Positions 34,240 through 47,165 of a stretch of DNA of 64,000 bases are shown here, piece by piece. Made by a program: the position numbers and the translations under genes. This DNA is from Anthoceros angustus (Eukaryota > Plantae > Anthocerotophyta). The notes beneath the pieces were generated by a model. The model was given only the letters and a program-made list of their open reading frames with translations. It ran no database searches and was not told the origin of the DNA. The stretch's first letter is position 1, and the number at the start of each line of letters is the position of its first letter. The stretch is from NCBI GenBank assembly GCA_010909165.1, contig MU008200.1, positions 1-64,000 of the forward strand. The letters are read 5' to 3'.

Positions 34240-35230
34240 TGTCGCTGGCAATGTGGCAGTGTATTAAATATGTATTTGTGGCAGCCGCATACCGGCTGCG
34301 GCTGCCAGGCAGCCTAGAGCATGCTCGTGCCGTATGCAATGATGGCAGCGATCCCCAGTATGGAACGGGCTGGAAGCCCTTATTAGTTTGTACAACATTA
34401 TGCAAGAAGGCATTGTTGTATTTGGTTCTGTGACATTTGTATACCTCCTGCGCAAGTGTGGGCAAAGGGATTTGGAGAAGCGGAATTCGCAGCTTCATGG
34501 ACAGATGAGAGAACTCGCACATGAAACCGATGTGTTTCTAGCCAGCCTGGTAGACATGTATGGAAAGTGTGGCAGCTCAGAAGATGCTGAACAGCGTTTG
34601 ATAGCCCTTGGTGTAAAAGATGTGGTGATGAGGACTTCTCCTCATAGCAGGCAGGGCATGGGTAGGAAGCCCTTGATCTTCGAAGGCCAGGAAGCCCTTT
34701 TACCTTCATAGGTCAGGAAGTTATTCATTCAGTGCGTGCATAGATTCAGGGAGTGCTCCTGTTTTCCATGGCTGCCTGTGAGGATAACACGGAAGCCCTT
34801 CTTAATTTGGACAACATTATGCAAGCAGAAGGCATTGTTGCATTTGATTCTGGGGCATTTGTATGCCTGCTGCAGGCTTGTACAATGTGTGGGCCAAAGG
34901 ATTTGGAGAAGGGAATTTCCGCCGCTTCATGCACAGATGCGGGAACTAGGACATGAAACCGACGTGTATTTCTAGCCAGCTGCGGCCCGGTAAACATGTC
35001 TGGAAAGTGTGGCAGCTTCCCCGGGGGCCATCGGTCAGGAAGCCATCTATCGTCAAATCTCAGGAAGCCCTTTATCTTCACGAAGCCCTATACATACCTA
35101 CACATGTATGCAAAGTGTGGCAGCTTGGAAGATGCTCAAAGAGGTTTGACGGGCATGATCAGAAGGAGATGGTGATCTGGACTTCTCTTATAGACCAGGT
35201 TTTGTTACAGCAGGCGAGTCGTTGTCCAGG
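34240..35230 (+). pseudogene. Degenerate PLS-class PPR gene fragment
   Basis: LYNIMQEGIV...TFVYLLRKC, ETDVFLASLVDMYGKCGSSEDAEQ, AFVCLLQAC, MYAKCGSLEDAQR; many indels; DNA-level similarity to 19540-19640 and 19900-20090. Confidence 0.85.
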
Positions 35231-35358
35231 CGTTTCGTGTCTGGAGGACCTTGTACGCAATGCAATAACTACCAACCTGTACTGCGTCAATTACCATTGC
35301 GTGGGGAAACAAGAAAGGGTTACAAACGCGACTCCAATTGACTGGAGCCGGCCGGCCC

Positions 35359-36660
35359 TCACTTTGGCGCATTCACACGGCGGCAGTTGGAGCGGATTTC
35401 GCCTTGGTCTCCTGTGAGCACTTCCACACGACCGAGCTTGATCATGGCGGCCACAAACTTGGCGAAGAAGACATTCTGGTCCCGGGCCAGCGCAGTCACA
35501 CAGCTATGCGCGTCTGTGCTGCTGATGAGAGTCTGGTCGGAGGTGAGGACGCCCTTGCCCTGAATCAAATTGGTGAAGTACGAGGTGTCGAATCTCTTGG
35601 GCGTATCCACATCCAGGTTCACCAGCGTCTCATTGTTGGGCGTCGGGCAGCTGGATCTCAAGATCGCCCGCAATCCCTCGTTCAGCGATGGGTCGGCGGT
35701 TCTGTTCGGGGCGAAGCCCAGCCGGTTGAAGAAGGTGTTGCAACGGGCCCCCCCGATCGTGTGTGCTCCTGCATTCGTGCACATACAAAAGGGAATCTCA
35801 GAAACGCGGACGCCTGTGGAAATTCAGGGCATGGATTCGAGCTTGCATTGTATGAGGAGTTTGCAATTGGGCTGTACCGGAAAGAATGATCATCTCCTCC
35901 TGAGAGAAGCCCTTCCCAGCGAAGATCTGGATGAGCTGCGTCAGATTAAAGAAGGCGACCGGCAAGTTCGGAGGACCCACTTCGGTGGCGAGCGACACGC
36001 TGCCGTCCCGCCTTCCGGCTTCCACCTTCCAGTACGGCCCACCACTCTGCACGTAACCCAACCACCCTGTGAGCACTACACCTCGTCGGCCGGCCCAGAT
36101 CTGCCGGCTCCCGAACGCCGAAACGGAATAAAACCACTCACAATATGAACGCTGTCTCGGGCGGCGAAGATGATGACGTCTGCGCAAGATACCACCCCCG
36201 GACAAACCTTCTCTATCGCTGCCTTGGCTTCGTCGATCACATCCAGGCCCCGCAGAATCACTCCGGTTCCATTCTTCTCCGGGAGCACGCCGTCCACTTC
36301 ATCCAGCAGCACAGACGCATCGCACCCCTGGAATTTCATCACCCACCGAGCCCCTTCAGCACGGATGAACAATGCAGGACTGGGCAGTCTTGCCATATCC
36401 CCAAACTGCTAATCCCGCCCCAGGCTTACTCTGACGAAGCAGTCGTGGAAGACGGTCCTCAGCAGGCCTGCAGCAATGAAGTGCCGTTGGAAGTAATTCT
36501 TAGCCACCACGGCCTTCACGATCCTCTCCGCCTGCGGACAAGTGGCCCGGTAGAAGCCCACCTTGAGACCCTCCGCCCCCGATCCCTCCACCAGTACTCT
36601 CCGGAACATCAGCAGAGACGCCAGCAGGAGCATCGTCGCCAACCTCACGCTTCTCGCCAT
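35359..36660 (-). CDS. Class III secretory peroxidase, 331 aa, 4 exons: 36660-36430, 36327-36142, 36046-35878, 35768-35359
   Basis: Signal peptide; RTVFHDCFVRGCDASVLL (distal His), GVVSCADVI, GRRDG, LSGAHTIG (proximal His), FDTSYF, GEIRSNC; GT-AG introns at the classic positions; exons sum to 996 nt. Confidence 0.97.
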
Positions 36661-39600
36661 GATGCCCACAAACTTCAAGTACCACTCCGGATCGTAGTGC
36701 CCAGCAAAGAAGGGGCAGGTGTGGTGCTACCGGACTCCGGAAGAACAGAAAAGCTTGAGCCTCGGAATTTCGGGCTCCCAGCGCGAGGATGCTGTGGTCC
36801 AAATGGATTGCGAATGCGAGTACGGTTACGAGACTGATCAGTTCTCACGAATGGCATGGAAGCGAGGCGGGAACGCATGCGAATTGAAACGGGATGCGAG
36901 GTGTAGGCGGGATTTGTGGTGTGTGAGGACGGGAATTGCTGGAAGCCGATTTGAGGCAGCGCGGGAGTGTTGATATACTACCCGGACCACGCGACTGTGT
37001 CGGCCGGCAGGGCGACTGAAACAGCTCAGTCCCGGGCTTGACTGTGAAATAGTTGACCCTGGTCCACAACGTGTTGCTTAATTCGAATTAGCCGGCCCGC
37101 GTATCCTCACTTCCAGGGCCGGCATGAAGTCCGCTTTTTACACAAACGGAGTCATTATCCGGGACCACTTATGTCTACCCACGCGTTGTTTGATAGCGCT
37201 CGATTCTCCTGATGCTGCCTTTCTTCCTTGCTAATGCCGACAAACTTCCTTTTGCCTTCCTTCCTGATGCCGTGTCTCGTTTTTGATGCTCGCGTTCCTC
37301 TGGCTCCACCTGTCACTAACCTAGTGCTACGACCTTTACCTTTACCTTTACAAGAGATTGATTCCCGCACTTCCCGCGCTTTCGAGCTCACTGTAGGGAG
37401 CCCCGGGCCGCCATAGGAAGGGACGAGAACGAAAAAGGGGTATGAAAGTGTTTGGGTAATTGCTAGGTCTCAAAGTGTTTGGTAAATTGGTGGCTCTTAT
37501 TGCATCACGGAAGCCTCTCAACTCACATCGTAGAAAGTTGAGATTTGTATTGAAACCTCTTGAACGGGATGTGGATGTGGAAGAGATCCCCGGGAAGGGA
37601 AGTTAAATATGTAAGGAGTGAATTCAATTTGGTCTTTTCTAGCTTGACCCACACGTACAAAATCTTCATAGCTATGACCAATAACTTAAGTCTTGAGGAC
37701 CTGTTGATATTGGTGAGATGATTCCTATGTGGGCGAGTGACACGAGGATGGCAGGTTGCTAACGAACTGGTGTTAGGTGAATCAACATCTTTTATCGCAG
37801 TTCTTTCTTGCACTATAAGATGAATTTTGTTAGGATGAGCATCTCATTTTCTTCTCAAATGAGCTCAAAGGTGGAGGCTATATAATTGCCCATGTCCCAT
37901 ATGGTTTGCTGTGGACTTCGGGAGGACAGTAGTAAAGGAAGACCTCAGCTTGGCACAAGAGGATAAGAGTTCGGAGTGAAGTCGAGGATGATCCTAAGTG
38001 GATTGTATGTACATTCATAAATGTTGTAGTCAAAATGACTCGTGCACTTGGAGGACCTCGTATTTGTGAATTGTTTATATCAGGGCACGGGGTTCACAAA
38101 GCTGCAGTTGAGGCGGATTTGTCCTTGTCAAACTAGGCGAGGACCTCGAGAAGGATTTCAAACTTGATCGAGGCGGCAACCAATTTGCGAAAAGAAAAAG
38201 AATCGTCAGCCGCATTTTCTTGGTGCTCTCTCAGCCGGAATTCCGGTCGTGCAGGACACTTTTTGTTGCCTCGAGGTTGGAGAAGTGAAGGTGACGTCGA
38301 TGTGGGTGAGTCCCGGGAAGACCCAAGAGCATAGTGTTGCAACCTGTTAGCTCAGCTACAGACCTGCGTCAACCGGTCGTCGAATTCAGGGTTCAGTCTA
38401 GAGTATGATCTTTCTGAACGATGGCGATTGGTAGCGGGTTGGTGAAGGTGGGGCACCGGGCTTGCACCATGGTATGGCCTCCTGTGCATGCACAGACAGC
38501 CCATGGCCATGCATGGCCCGTGCCCAGTCTCAGTGCAGGATCACCACATGTGCCAGGATCATGGATGGTGTCAGAATACTGCAGGGACGATATCGATGAC
38601 TGTTTGATGATGAGTCGGCCAGCCGTAAGATTTCTGGAAGGCAGGCCGGCAGCCTGCAGGGCAGTTATACTAACGACTGTCAGTGTACAGTGTACGATGT
38701 TGGGAATTATGGGTGACGTTCTAACTGCAAAGGCTGGTCAAATCATGGTGCACGGCAGCGCTGGCAGGAGCGGCGGCAGGTGAGACGGGAAGCCTGAATC
38801 GGAAGGAAGGACCTTGGACGAAATTAGGAGGATTCATGTGTTCGGGGATGAAATGCGCAATCGCCAGAGAGCGCTGGCACATTTCGTCTTCCGTGAAGAT
38901 CGGCCCTGGCCTGCGAAGATGTGCGCGTTGGTAGCCTGGTCGATCGAAGAAGGCGATGGGCAGGCTGGGAGGGCCTGCTCCGGTGAATCCATCTGTGAAG
39001 GTTGCAGTTCGATCGGCTAGCCTGCTCCCAACAAGCTGTCAAACAGTACTGACGAATCGCACCCCTTCCCACATTTCCAGTCATGCCAATGTCGATATCA
39101 TCAGCAGTCAAGACAAGTCTGTGTACAAGAACAACCTGCAGCAAACAGCAAGCACAGCAGCGGTAGCAGCTGTGAGCTGATGATTTTCGAACAGCTTCTC
39201 TGACACAGCAATCGTGAAGCACGCCTTCCGGGATGAAGCTATTCCTCCTCAACAGTAATCCTGCGCCACAACCCACAATGCGCGATTCGCTCAACCATGA
39301 ACGCAGGGCACGCAAAATCATTGGCTGAACCCTAACCTGTGGCCTGGGAGTCCACCAGGTCTGCTACCCTCAACTCCTTGGGCCGTCATTCGGATCAGCA
39401 CCCTCCTGCCCGCAATAATTAATGAGTCTCCACAACCTTGCCATTATTCCACCGTGCTCTCGCTGCTCCAGATCGATCTTCACCACCTGTTTAGACGGGA
39501 GAGAACGTGTTGCTCCAGGGAGAAGATGTCTTGCTCTAGAATGCCATCCGAGCAACTGAAGTCTTTGCCACTTCAATCTATCCTACATAGATCTATACAA

Positions 39601-40573
39601 AAACATGCTTTTTCTTCAAACCGAAGTCATTCTAACTAATACAACATCAAGCCCTGTGTGCGTGCCAACTTTGCCCACACCCCTCATCCACGTGAAGGCC
39701 TGCCAGGTTTCTTCCATATACATAGAGTACAACCATATTCAAGATCGTTATGCATAACGCCTTTGCAGTTTTGCCATATGTAATGGTGTTGACCACAGGT
39801 AGCATCCATGGCTGGATGGACGTTGGAAGGTAGGCCGCTAGATCCTTGTGCAGATGAAGGTTGGGTGATAGATATATACATACATATGTCCATAGCCAGC
39901 CTCTTATGGAAGACACGAGCAATGCATCCAAAAGAAGATGAACAAAATTAGAACATCCTGGTGTTGCCGATTTTGGCATAGGACCCAATTACCCTATGCG
40001 CCATCGCCCCTCAGCTGTATCGATAGAAATCGAAAATTCATACGGTTCGAAATCCATTTCGAAATGGAGGAAATTCCATTTCAAAGTGGAAATAGAACAC
40101 GCGATCGGACCCGAAAGCAGACATAAGATCTTATGCTAATGGTGCTTCATGATCCGGCCCTCTAAATGAGTCGGTGATCGAAACGGTTTTTTGCAGGAAT
40201 CGATGCTGCGAAACGGCCCTTTGAATGAGTAAGCTTCGAAACGGCCCATTGAGGGAGTCGAAGATTCGAAACGGCCCTTGTCCTTTGAATGAATCGAGGT
40301 TCTGGATACGATATGGACGGCCATCGCTCCCAGCTGTCCTTGACAGTTTTGGCCAAACGACGATCGCTCCACCCCCGGAATTGTTTGATTCTGAAATTTG
40401 CGGGACACGACACGTGGATACTGGTTTTATACCCGGACAAAATATGTACAGGATGTGTGTCTGTAGGGTTGCAACTTGCAGTCAGAAGCTGGGTACTTGT
40501 GTCGGATTCGCAGGAAGGGAATTTCCTAGGCAGTACTGAAATTTCCCCCTACAGCTTGCAGCCCATCACTGGT

Positions 40574-40646
40574 GAGGAAAGCAGGGAATGAAACATCACC
40601 CGAGGAAAGCTGGGAATGAAACATCACCCGAGGAAAGCTGGGAATG
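40574..40646. repeat. 28-bp direct repeat, about 2.6 copies, upstream of the sideroflexin gene
   Basis: GAGGAAAGC(A/T)GGGAATGAAACATCACCC repeated. Confidence 0.9.
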
Positions 40647-40940
40647 TCTGTGGAACGCGTGTTGGCTTTGTCACTGCTTCCCGTTGACTTACTAAGCTGA
40701 GGTGAGGTTCTCAATCTCAATCCTGGTCTTCACAGCAAAAGGTAGAATTGGCATGTAGTGTGAAGGTGAAGTTTCCAGGATGTAGTTAACCTCGGGGCAT
40801 TCGCAAGGTCCTGCCTTCTCCCAGTTCGGAAAAAGAAAGATCCCTCTTTCTGATTCCGGTGCAGAGTTTTTGTACGTGTGTCGGAGCTGAGAATGGAGCA
40901 CCATTTGCGGGCATGGTGAGGAGAAATTGTGCTTCAAGTC

Positions 40941-42123
40941 ATGGACGAGGGTACTTACTGGGCGAGAGTTCAGAGGATCTTCAACATGATGGATATAAGG
41001 ACAGCGCTTGTGACTGATAAGCAGGTGGACGCTGCTGTAGAGCTTCTCAAGTCACACGACCCGTCCATTCCTCCAGAGAGGCTGGAAAGGGCCCGGAAGA
41101 TCAAGGATGCCGTGGTGCACCCTGATACTGGAGAGAAGATTCTGCTGCCACTACGGCTTTCCTTCATCATTCCTTGCAACCTTGTGCTGGACACCCTGAT
41201 GCTGTCGGCGAAGGGGCTCACCCAGAACGTGGCTGCTCAGTGGCTCAACCAGACGTACAACTGTCTGCATTACTATGCGAATAGGAATGCTTCAAACAAT
41301 GAGAGTCTTCGAAAAGTGGGTGAGGCCTATGTTGGAGCTACAGCCAGTTCTGTCGGGGCTGCTGTCGGGCTGAACGCCCTCCTGGACAAAATGCCTCCTG
41401 GGGGTCGCTGGTAATGTTCAAGACCTAAACTCCAGTCTCAAAACGTCACGTGCTAGGATCCACTGAGCTTGCCTGCACCCCCATGCTGCTGTGAGTCTGT
41501 TGAAAAGGTCCTACCCAAGCTCACTGAGTCACCACCTTCCTTGCTGTCTCTATGGTTCTTCTTCCAGGACACCCATAGCCCGAAGGTTAGTACCCTTCGC
41601 AGCAGTGGTAGCAGCGGATGTGCTCAACCTTGGGATCACTCGCAGGGATGAACTTCTGCAAGGCGTCAAAGTTTATGACAGCAATGGTGATGAAATCGGT
41701 CGGAGCAAGGCTGCTGGACTGCGAGCTGTGGGTGCTTGCATAGGTGGCCGAGTCTTTGCTGCTGCTCCAATACTTGTTATTCCTCCTCTCATCATGCACA
41801 GGTGAGATGGAGGAGTCGCCTTCCTCACCAAACTCGTATCTCTTCATCCTCAAGTTGTTTCTCTTCATCCTAACGCCGAATCCTGCTTGGTTTCTTTGTG
41901 CAGGTTGGAGTCCAGCAGCCTGTTTGTCCGTAGGCCATACCTTAAGACACCAACTCTCATGGCCCTAATAGGCATCTCAATCCAAGCTGCCGTGCCTCTT
42001 GTGTTTGGCATATTCAAGCAGCAGGCAAGTGTGGATGTCCGGAAGCTGGAACAGGAGTTCCACCACAGGGTTGACAGACACGGACAAGCTGTAAGGCATG
42101 TCCACTACAACAAAGGCGTATGA
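40941..42123 (+). CDS. SFXN: Sideroflexin (mitochondrial tricarboxylate/serine carrier family), 307 aa, 3 exons: 40941-41410, 41568-41801, 41904-42123
   Basis: AVVHPDTGEKILLPLRLS, QWLNQTYN...YANRNAS, RLVPFAAVVAA..LNL...RRDELLQGVKV, GRSKAAG, YNKGV C-terminus; exons sum to 924 nt with GT-AG introns. Confidence 0.92.
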
Positions 42124-43869
42124 CATGGAAGCCTGTCAGCCAATTGCAGTGGAGAATCATCCTCTCACATTTTTTTTCTGCACCTGCGCACTAGCTGGTA
42201 TATCGGTGTTGTACAGATTCTTTAGCACTCATATTGATTGCATTGGTTTCTTAAGCCTCCATGGACCATGTACACCCAGTGGAAGTGCAAAGTGATTTCC
42301 AAGGTGGAAGAACACTGTAAGCTTATGCCCCAGTTCAGAGAACCTTCGGCGTGACCTAGTGACGCAGGTGCTGAACAGCTGGAGATATTTGTAGAGAGAA
42401 GCCTGAAATTTTAAAGGTCGAGGAGATAGGAAGATAGGCACACTGCAGCAGGAGTGATGATACCTTTCGAATGCCGAGAGGAAGGAGGAAGATAAGCCGT
42501 ACTGTGAGACACTCTCTTCGCACCACACAAGAACAATCCGAGCCGTAAAACCTGGACTGGTCGTCATATGCACCCTTCATAGCCAACAGCCCTACACATG
42601 GTACCAGGACGGAAAGATTATAATAATGCTGGGCTTTGGTTCCGTATCGAGGAACAACTCCAGGTGTCTTCGTCGTGTGCAACCAAGTCAACTTCTGAAC
42701 ACACGATCTCTAATACGGCTAACGGTGTTTCAGGGCTAGACGAGGTGCATTCAAACTCGAAGGCTTGCGGAAGGAGCAACGGAGACGACTTAGGTGTGAA
42801 GTGAGATGATTGCGAAGATGTCAAGGGCTCAGCTTGCAACAAGGCCGAGTGCGTTTTCCCACAAACATCACATTGATTTCAACCTCAGATCGTGGCAGAT
42901 CTCTCAAACAAATTCACAAATTCCAGAACTAAGAACACTGGAATGGCTGCAATCTAAGAAGCAAAAAACTAGTTTGCGGAACCAGCAAGCTCGTCCAGGG
43001 CCTGCAACAGAGAATCTTTGATCCGCCAACGCCGATGGCTCGAAGATGGGAGGATCGCCCGCGGTGCACATCCTGAGATAAAAGCGGTGGCCGACAAGCA
43101 GCGATGGCGCCTGAAGCTGTGGATCTGTCATTCCACAAGACCCAAAACCCCGGAGTAGCCAGATTGCAGGTCCACAACTCGGTTTCAGACCTTGTGAAAT
43201 GACAGACTCATAGCTGTAGATCTGCTTCCAGAGATCCTTGGCAACCATCGGCGTCCAGTGATCCACCGCCTTGTCAGTCCTGAAGCATACCGGACGCCTG
43301 TACAAGTGTCCCCCACCACCGCCATACAAGCTGGGAAGAAGAAACAAACACCGTCCAGATGGCATCCAGACGAACGCAGGATATCCTACTATAGCAATGA
43401 AAGGCACACAAACAAGCCAAGATCGCAGCCAGAGAGACGAAGCAGAACCACTACCTTCCACAACATAGACCATGAAAGTGAGTCACCTTTGAGACACAAT
43501 CTTGAAGAGAAACAAGTGCAAGGCAATCTGGCACAGGAAATCCAGGAGCACAATCGACCCTGGCGTGGCTCTGCGCTTGAGCTCAGAGCTGGACACATCA
43601 AATGTGATGTGAGGACGGAGGGACGGAAGAGTCACCAGCAGGAGGTAACGACTCCGCACCGGCCAAGAAACCCACCTTCCTCCAAACGCACACAAGAACG
43701 CTCTCGGGGATCTGAGGTTTTAGAATGATAGCTGCTCTCTTGGAACGAAGCTTGGCCGGGCTCCGTAACTGTCAGCTGCGCAGTCCGGGGCGACCCCGGT
43801 GCAGGCCGAGTTGGACCCCGTCTTGGCGCTGTCCACGGGTAAGCGTAAACCCTAACCTAACCGGACATA

Positions 43870-44004
43870 ACCTGACCTGACGTAGCCTGACCCGACCTAA
43901 CCTGACCTCACATGACCTGATCTGACCTGACCTGACCTGATCTGACCTGATCTGACCTGACCCGACCTGACCTGACCTGATCTGACCTGATCTGACCTGA
44001 CCTG
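43870..44004. repeat. (ACCTG/ATCTG)n pentanucleotide microsatellite
   Basis: Directly visible; preceded by AAACCCTAA (telo-box sequence) near 43848. Confidence 0.9.
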
Positions 44005-44642
44005 CGTCTACCTGTGGTTACTTCAACCATGGTGCACATGCATGCATGCACGAACGACGGGAGGGTCGCTCCAGAGGCTTGACACGTTGCCGTCTGTGTC
44101 ACGTGGGAAGGGTTGGGAGATGGCACGTAGCTTTATGGCCTCTTCGGGTGGCAGACGTTGCGGTGCCCATCCCCTGCGCTGTGCGTGGCAGGTGCGGGAT
44201 GGCCGATTGCGAGCTGCAGGTAGTGGACAATGTACCAGGAGCGGAAGATTAGCGGAGAAATTTGAGCCGTTTTGGTGCAGAAACAGGGAAATTTGGTGCA
44301 GAAACCAGAATGTTTGGCTCGATCTTGGGGCTTGCTCACCGTGCCGATGCGGTCCCGGCAGATGGAGGCACCTGAGTGGGGGAGCATCTGAGCAGGGAGT
44401 GGCGGTACGCGTGGAATCAGGAGGTGTAGTCTGGTTGCTAGGGATGGCTGCAGAGCTGAATCCTGCTCGTGGTATAAAACATGGCAAGCTGCCCTGTTGC
44501 TGGTCATCATCGAAGTCGCTGACATTTGTCCTTCGCCTTCGAGCTCCTCATCCTTCTCCTGTGCTGCTCTTCAGCTCAGTGCCGCGGTTTATCGCAATTC
44601 AGTCTTCCAGATTCAGCTTCTTTCTTCCCCTTCATCAGCAGG

Positions 44643-45900
44643 ATGGCAGCTTCCGCGACCATGGCTGGGGTTGTGTCGGTGTCCGGAGCTCAGCTGCAAG
44701 GCGGCGTGAGCAGCAGCTCCTTTGTGAATGGAGGAAGCAAGGTGGTGATGCCTGTCTCTGCTCCTAGGTCGTTGAAGTGCAGGATGGTGGCTAGGGCCAG
44801 CAGCCAGTCCGAGTCCCGGGAGGAGATGAGGGCGGCCCGGAGGGAGGTTTTGGCGGGATTGATGGCAGCCGGCGCGTTCCTGGTCGGGGACAGTGCAGCC
44901 CGCGCTGTGGCTGGGCCAGGGAATGACGGTGCAGGCCAGACTGCCAAGGGTGCCGATGACCTGCTCAAGGCCGCCGACAAGCTGAATGTGGAGGATGCTC
45001 CTTCCCGTTTTGGCCCCTCGCAATTGGCGAACTCCGGAAATGGGCAGCTTGGGGATGCTGGCAAAGTTGCACAACAGTGAGACTTCGTCACTCTTGGGAG
45101 TTTCTGTTTGCAAGCGTGCGCATACAGTAGTACTTGTTTGGCTTTGTGTGTTTGTGGAGAAGCTGGAAGGAAGGTTGGACTTAGTCGTGCTCCGGTGATT
45201 GGTTGCTCAGGGCTGGAAGCGGTGCAATTGAGGGTCTGCAGAGCTCTGCCGGTGATATTGGTGAGGCCGCCAAGAGCAACTTGGAGGAAGCCAAGAGGAG
45301 GACTGAGGGCATCCTAGGGTCCTCTCAGGTGTGTTGCCATTCTTGGCACCTGCAGTCTCTGCGGTTTTGCAGTGGGCACATAAAAACGCAATGCAATGCT
45401 GAAAATGTCTTCTGTACCGGTGCAGGATATCACTGGCTCGCTGGCAGACAAGGCTGAAGAAGCAAAGCAGGGCGTAGAGGGACTCTTCGGACAGACGCAG
45501 AGCTCAGGAAACGATGCCCAGAAGACCGCCAAGAACATTTTCGGCCAGGTGCAGGGCAAGGTCTCCAGCGACACAGACTCCGTGAGCAAGCTTGCTCAAG
45601 GAGCATCCAATGATGCTCAGAACCTGGTAGGCCAAGCTCAGAGCAAGGTCTCCGGGGAAGCAGACTCGGCCAAGAAGGATGCAGGAGGCTTTTTCGGAAG
45701 CCTGCAGGACACCCTCAAGGTACCACCTCCCGGGTTTGGTTTCCTGTCCTGTTACCAATATGTTCAGTTTGCCTGTTGTCTTACGCTGCTTGGAAAATGT
45801 GTTGTCGCAGGGCCTGACCGACACTGTCGCATCCAAGGGCGATGAGGCTAAGAATGCCGCCGGGCAAGCATCCGGCAACTTGCAGAAGTCTCTCCAGTAG
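44643..45900 (+). CDS. Plastid-targeted hydrophilic LEA-like protein with predicted twin-arginine (Tat) lumen signal, 311 aa, 4 exons: 44643-45076, 45211-45328, 45426-45719, 45811-45900
   Basis: Ser/Ala-rich transit peptide, then ARREVLAGLMAAGAFLVG-DSAARA (RR, hydrophobic core, AxA); mature part rich in G/A/S/Q/D/K with repeats such as FGQTQS, FGQVQGKVSSDTDS, VGQAQSKVSGEADS; exons sum to 936 nt. Confidence 0.8.
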
Positions 45901-46700
45901 ACCAGCTGATGTATCTAGTCTTCAAGTGAGGCTTTGAGTGTACAGGACGTGAGGTTTGGGCATGAAAGACTGTCCATGCCCTGTGTAACATTACCAGCTC
46001 CTACGATTTTGAGGCCAGCTGGCCCTGTTGATGCTAAGTGTTTGTGTGCGATTTGTTAAGACAAAGATTTGCCCCACAAGAGATCATAAACATAAGACAG
46101 ACCAAACATGAGATTTGAGCTTAAACATGAGATTCTAAAACGGCAAACTAAACATGGGCTTCATACATGGAAGGCATAATCAGCAGGCTACATGTGACAT
46201 TCAAGCAGCAGCTTCAAACTTGTGTTTCAGACCAGCAAACAGCTCAGAACATTGTCATATCCTCTTCAAACAACATTCTACACAAACACAATTCAAACCA
46301 TTTGCATCGTCATCTAACAATTCTAGACAACTGCCGTTGTTACTCAAAACCATCTGCGCTGACCGGCAAATGTGTGTCACTACATCCATTGTTCATATAA
46401 CTGCCATCATCGTTGGCCGTCACAGCAGGAAGAAGGCGAGCTTAGGCAAACGACTCACGAGCAGAGTAGCTAAGGGATAGAAGAGAAGAAGAGTGGTGGT
46501 AGTCCGTACACGAGTGAAGTCCAGTCCAATCCTGTGTTGATTTATGGGCATTGAAGGGAAATGTACAACGGACAGGAGCACCATCTCGAGTGGTCACAAT
46601 GAGACGCAAACAAGGAAGGGCACACATCCAACAAAAGAGGGGCAAGCATTCGCAGCTGCGGAATCCGGACGTTGTCGTCTAGGAAGCGTCTGAAAAGCGT

Positions 46701-47165
46701 CTAGAACTGGGGCTCGTAGCCGTTGGAGGCGGTGGCCAGGATGAAAAAGGCGACGGCGTGGCCGAGGGCGCCCCAGGCTAGGACATCGACGACGGTGAAG
46801 CCGGCGGGGTCGTTGGTTTTGAGCAGGCTCACCACCTCCTGGGCGCGGCCATCGCCAGCCTCGTAGTGGGTGACGCCGTTTTGCACGGGCAGGCCGGCCT
46901 TGGCCACCTGCGCTCTCTGGAAGGGCAGGAACACGAATCTGCCCAGGAAGAGCAGCGCCCCGGTGCTGACGCTCACGATCACGGAGGTGTCGGCGCACGT
47001 GGTCCTCGCCCGCGACTTAACGCCCTGCAGGGCAGTCGACGGCTTCCGCGCCCCAAGCATGTGCACCGATGTGCTGGTCCGCAGCCCCGCGCTGCTCGCC
47101 GCCACCTTCAGCGTCGGCAGGCCGGCGGCGGCCACGCAAGTGCTTGCTGCTGTGTAGGCGGCCAT
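46701..47165 (-). CDS. PSAG: Photosystem I subunit V (PsaG), 154 aa, intronless
   Basis: Transit peptide; [20 protein letters not shown]...[18 protein letters not shown]...[35 protein letters not shown]. Confidence 0.96.
   Translation of the reverse strand: MAAYTAASTCVAAAGLPTLKVAASSAGLRTSTSVHMLGARKPSTALQGVKSRARTTCADTSVIVSVSTGALLFLGRFVFLPFQRAQVAKAGLPVQNGVTHYEAGDGRAQEVVSLLKTNDPAGFTVVDVLAWGALGHAVAFFILATASNGYEPQF

Noticed and set aside
37150-39990. Assorted short ORFs between the peroxidase and sideroflexin genes
   Set aside because: No recognisable motifs or consistent splice model; likely promoter DNA and decayed repeats.
40140-40330. Repeated CGAAACGGCCC motifs as a DNA-transposon subterminal region
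   Set aside because: Only three or four loose copies and no definable termini.
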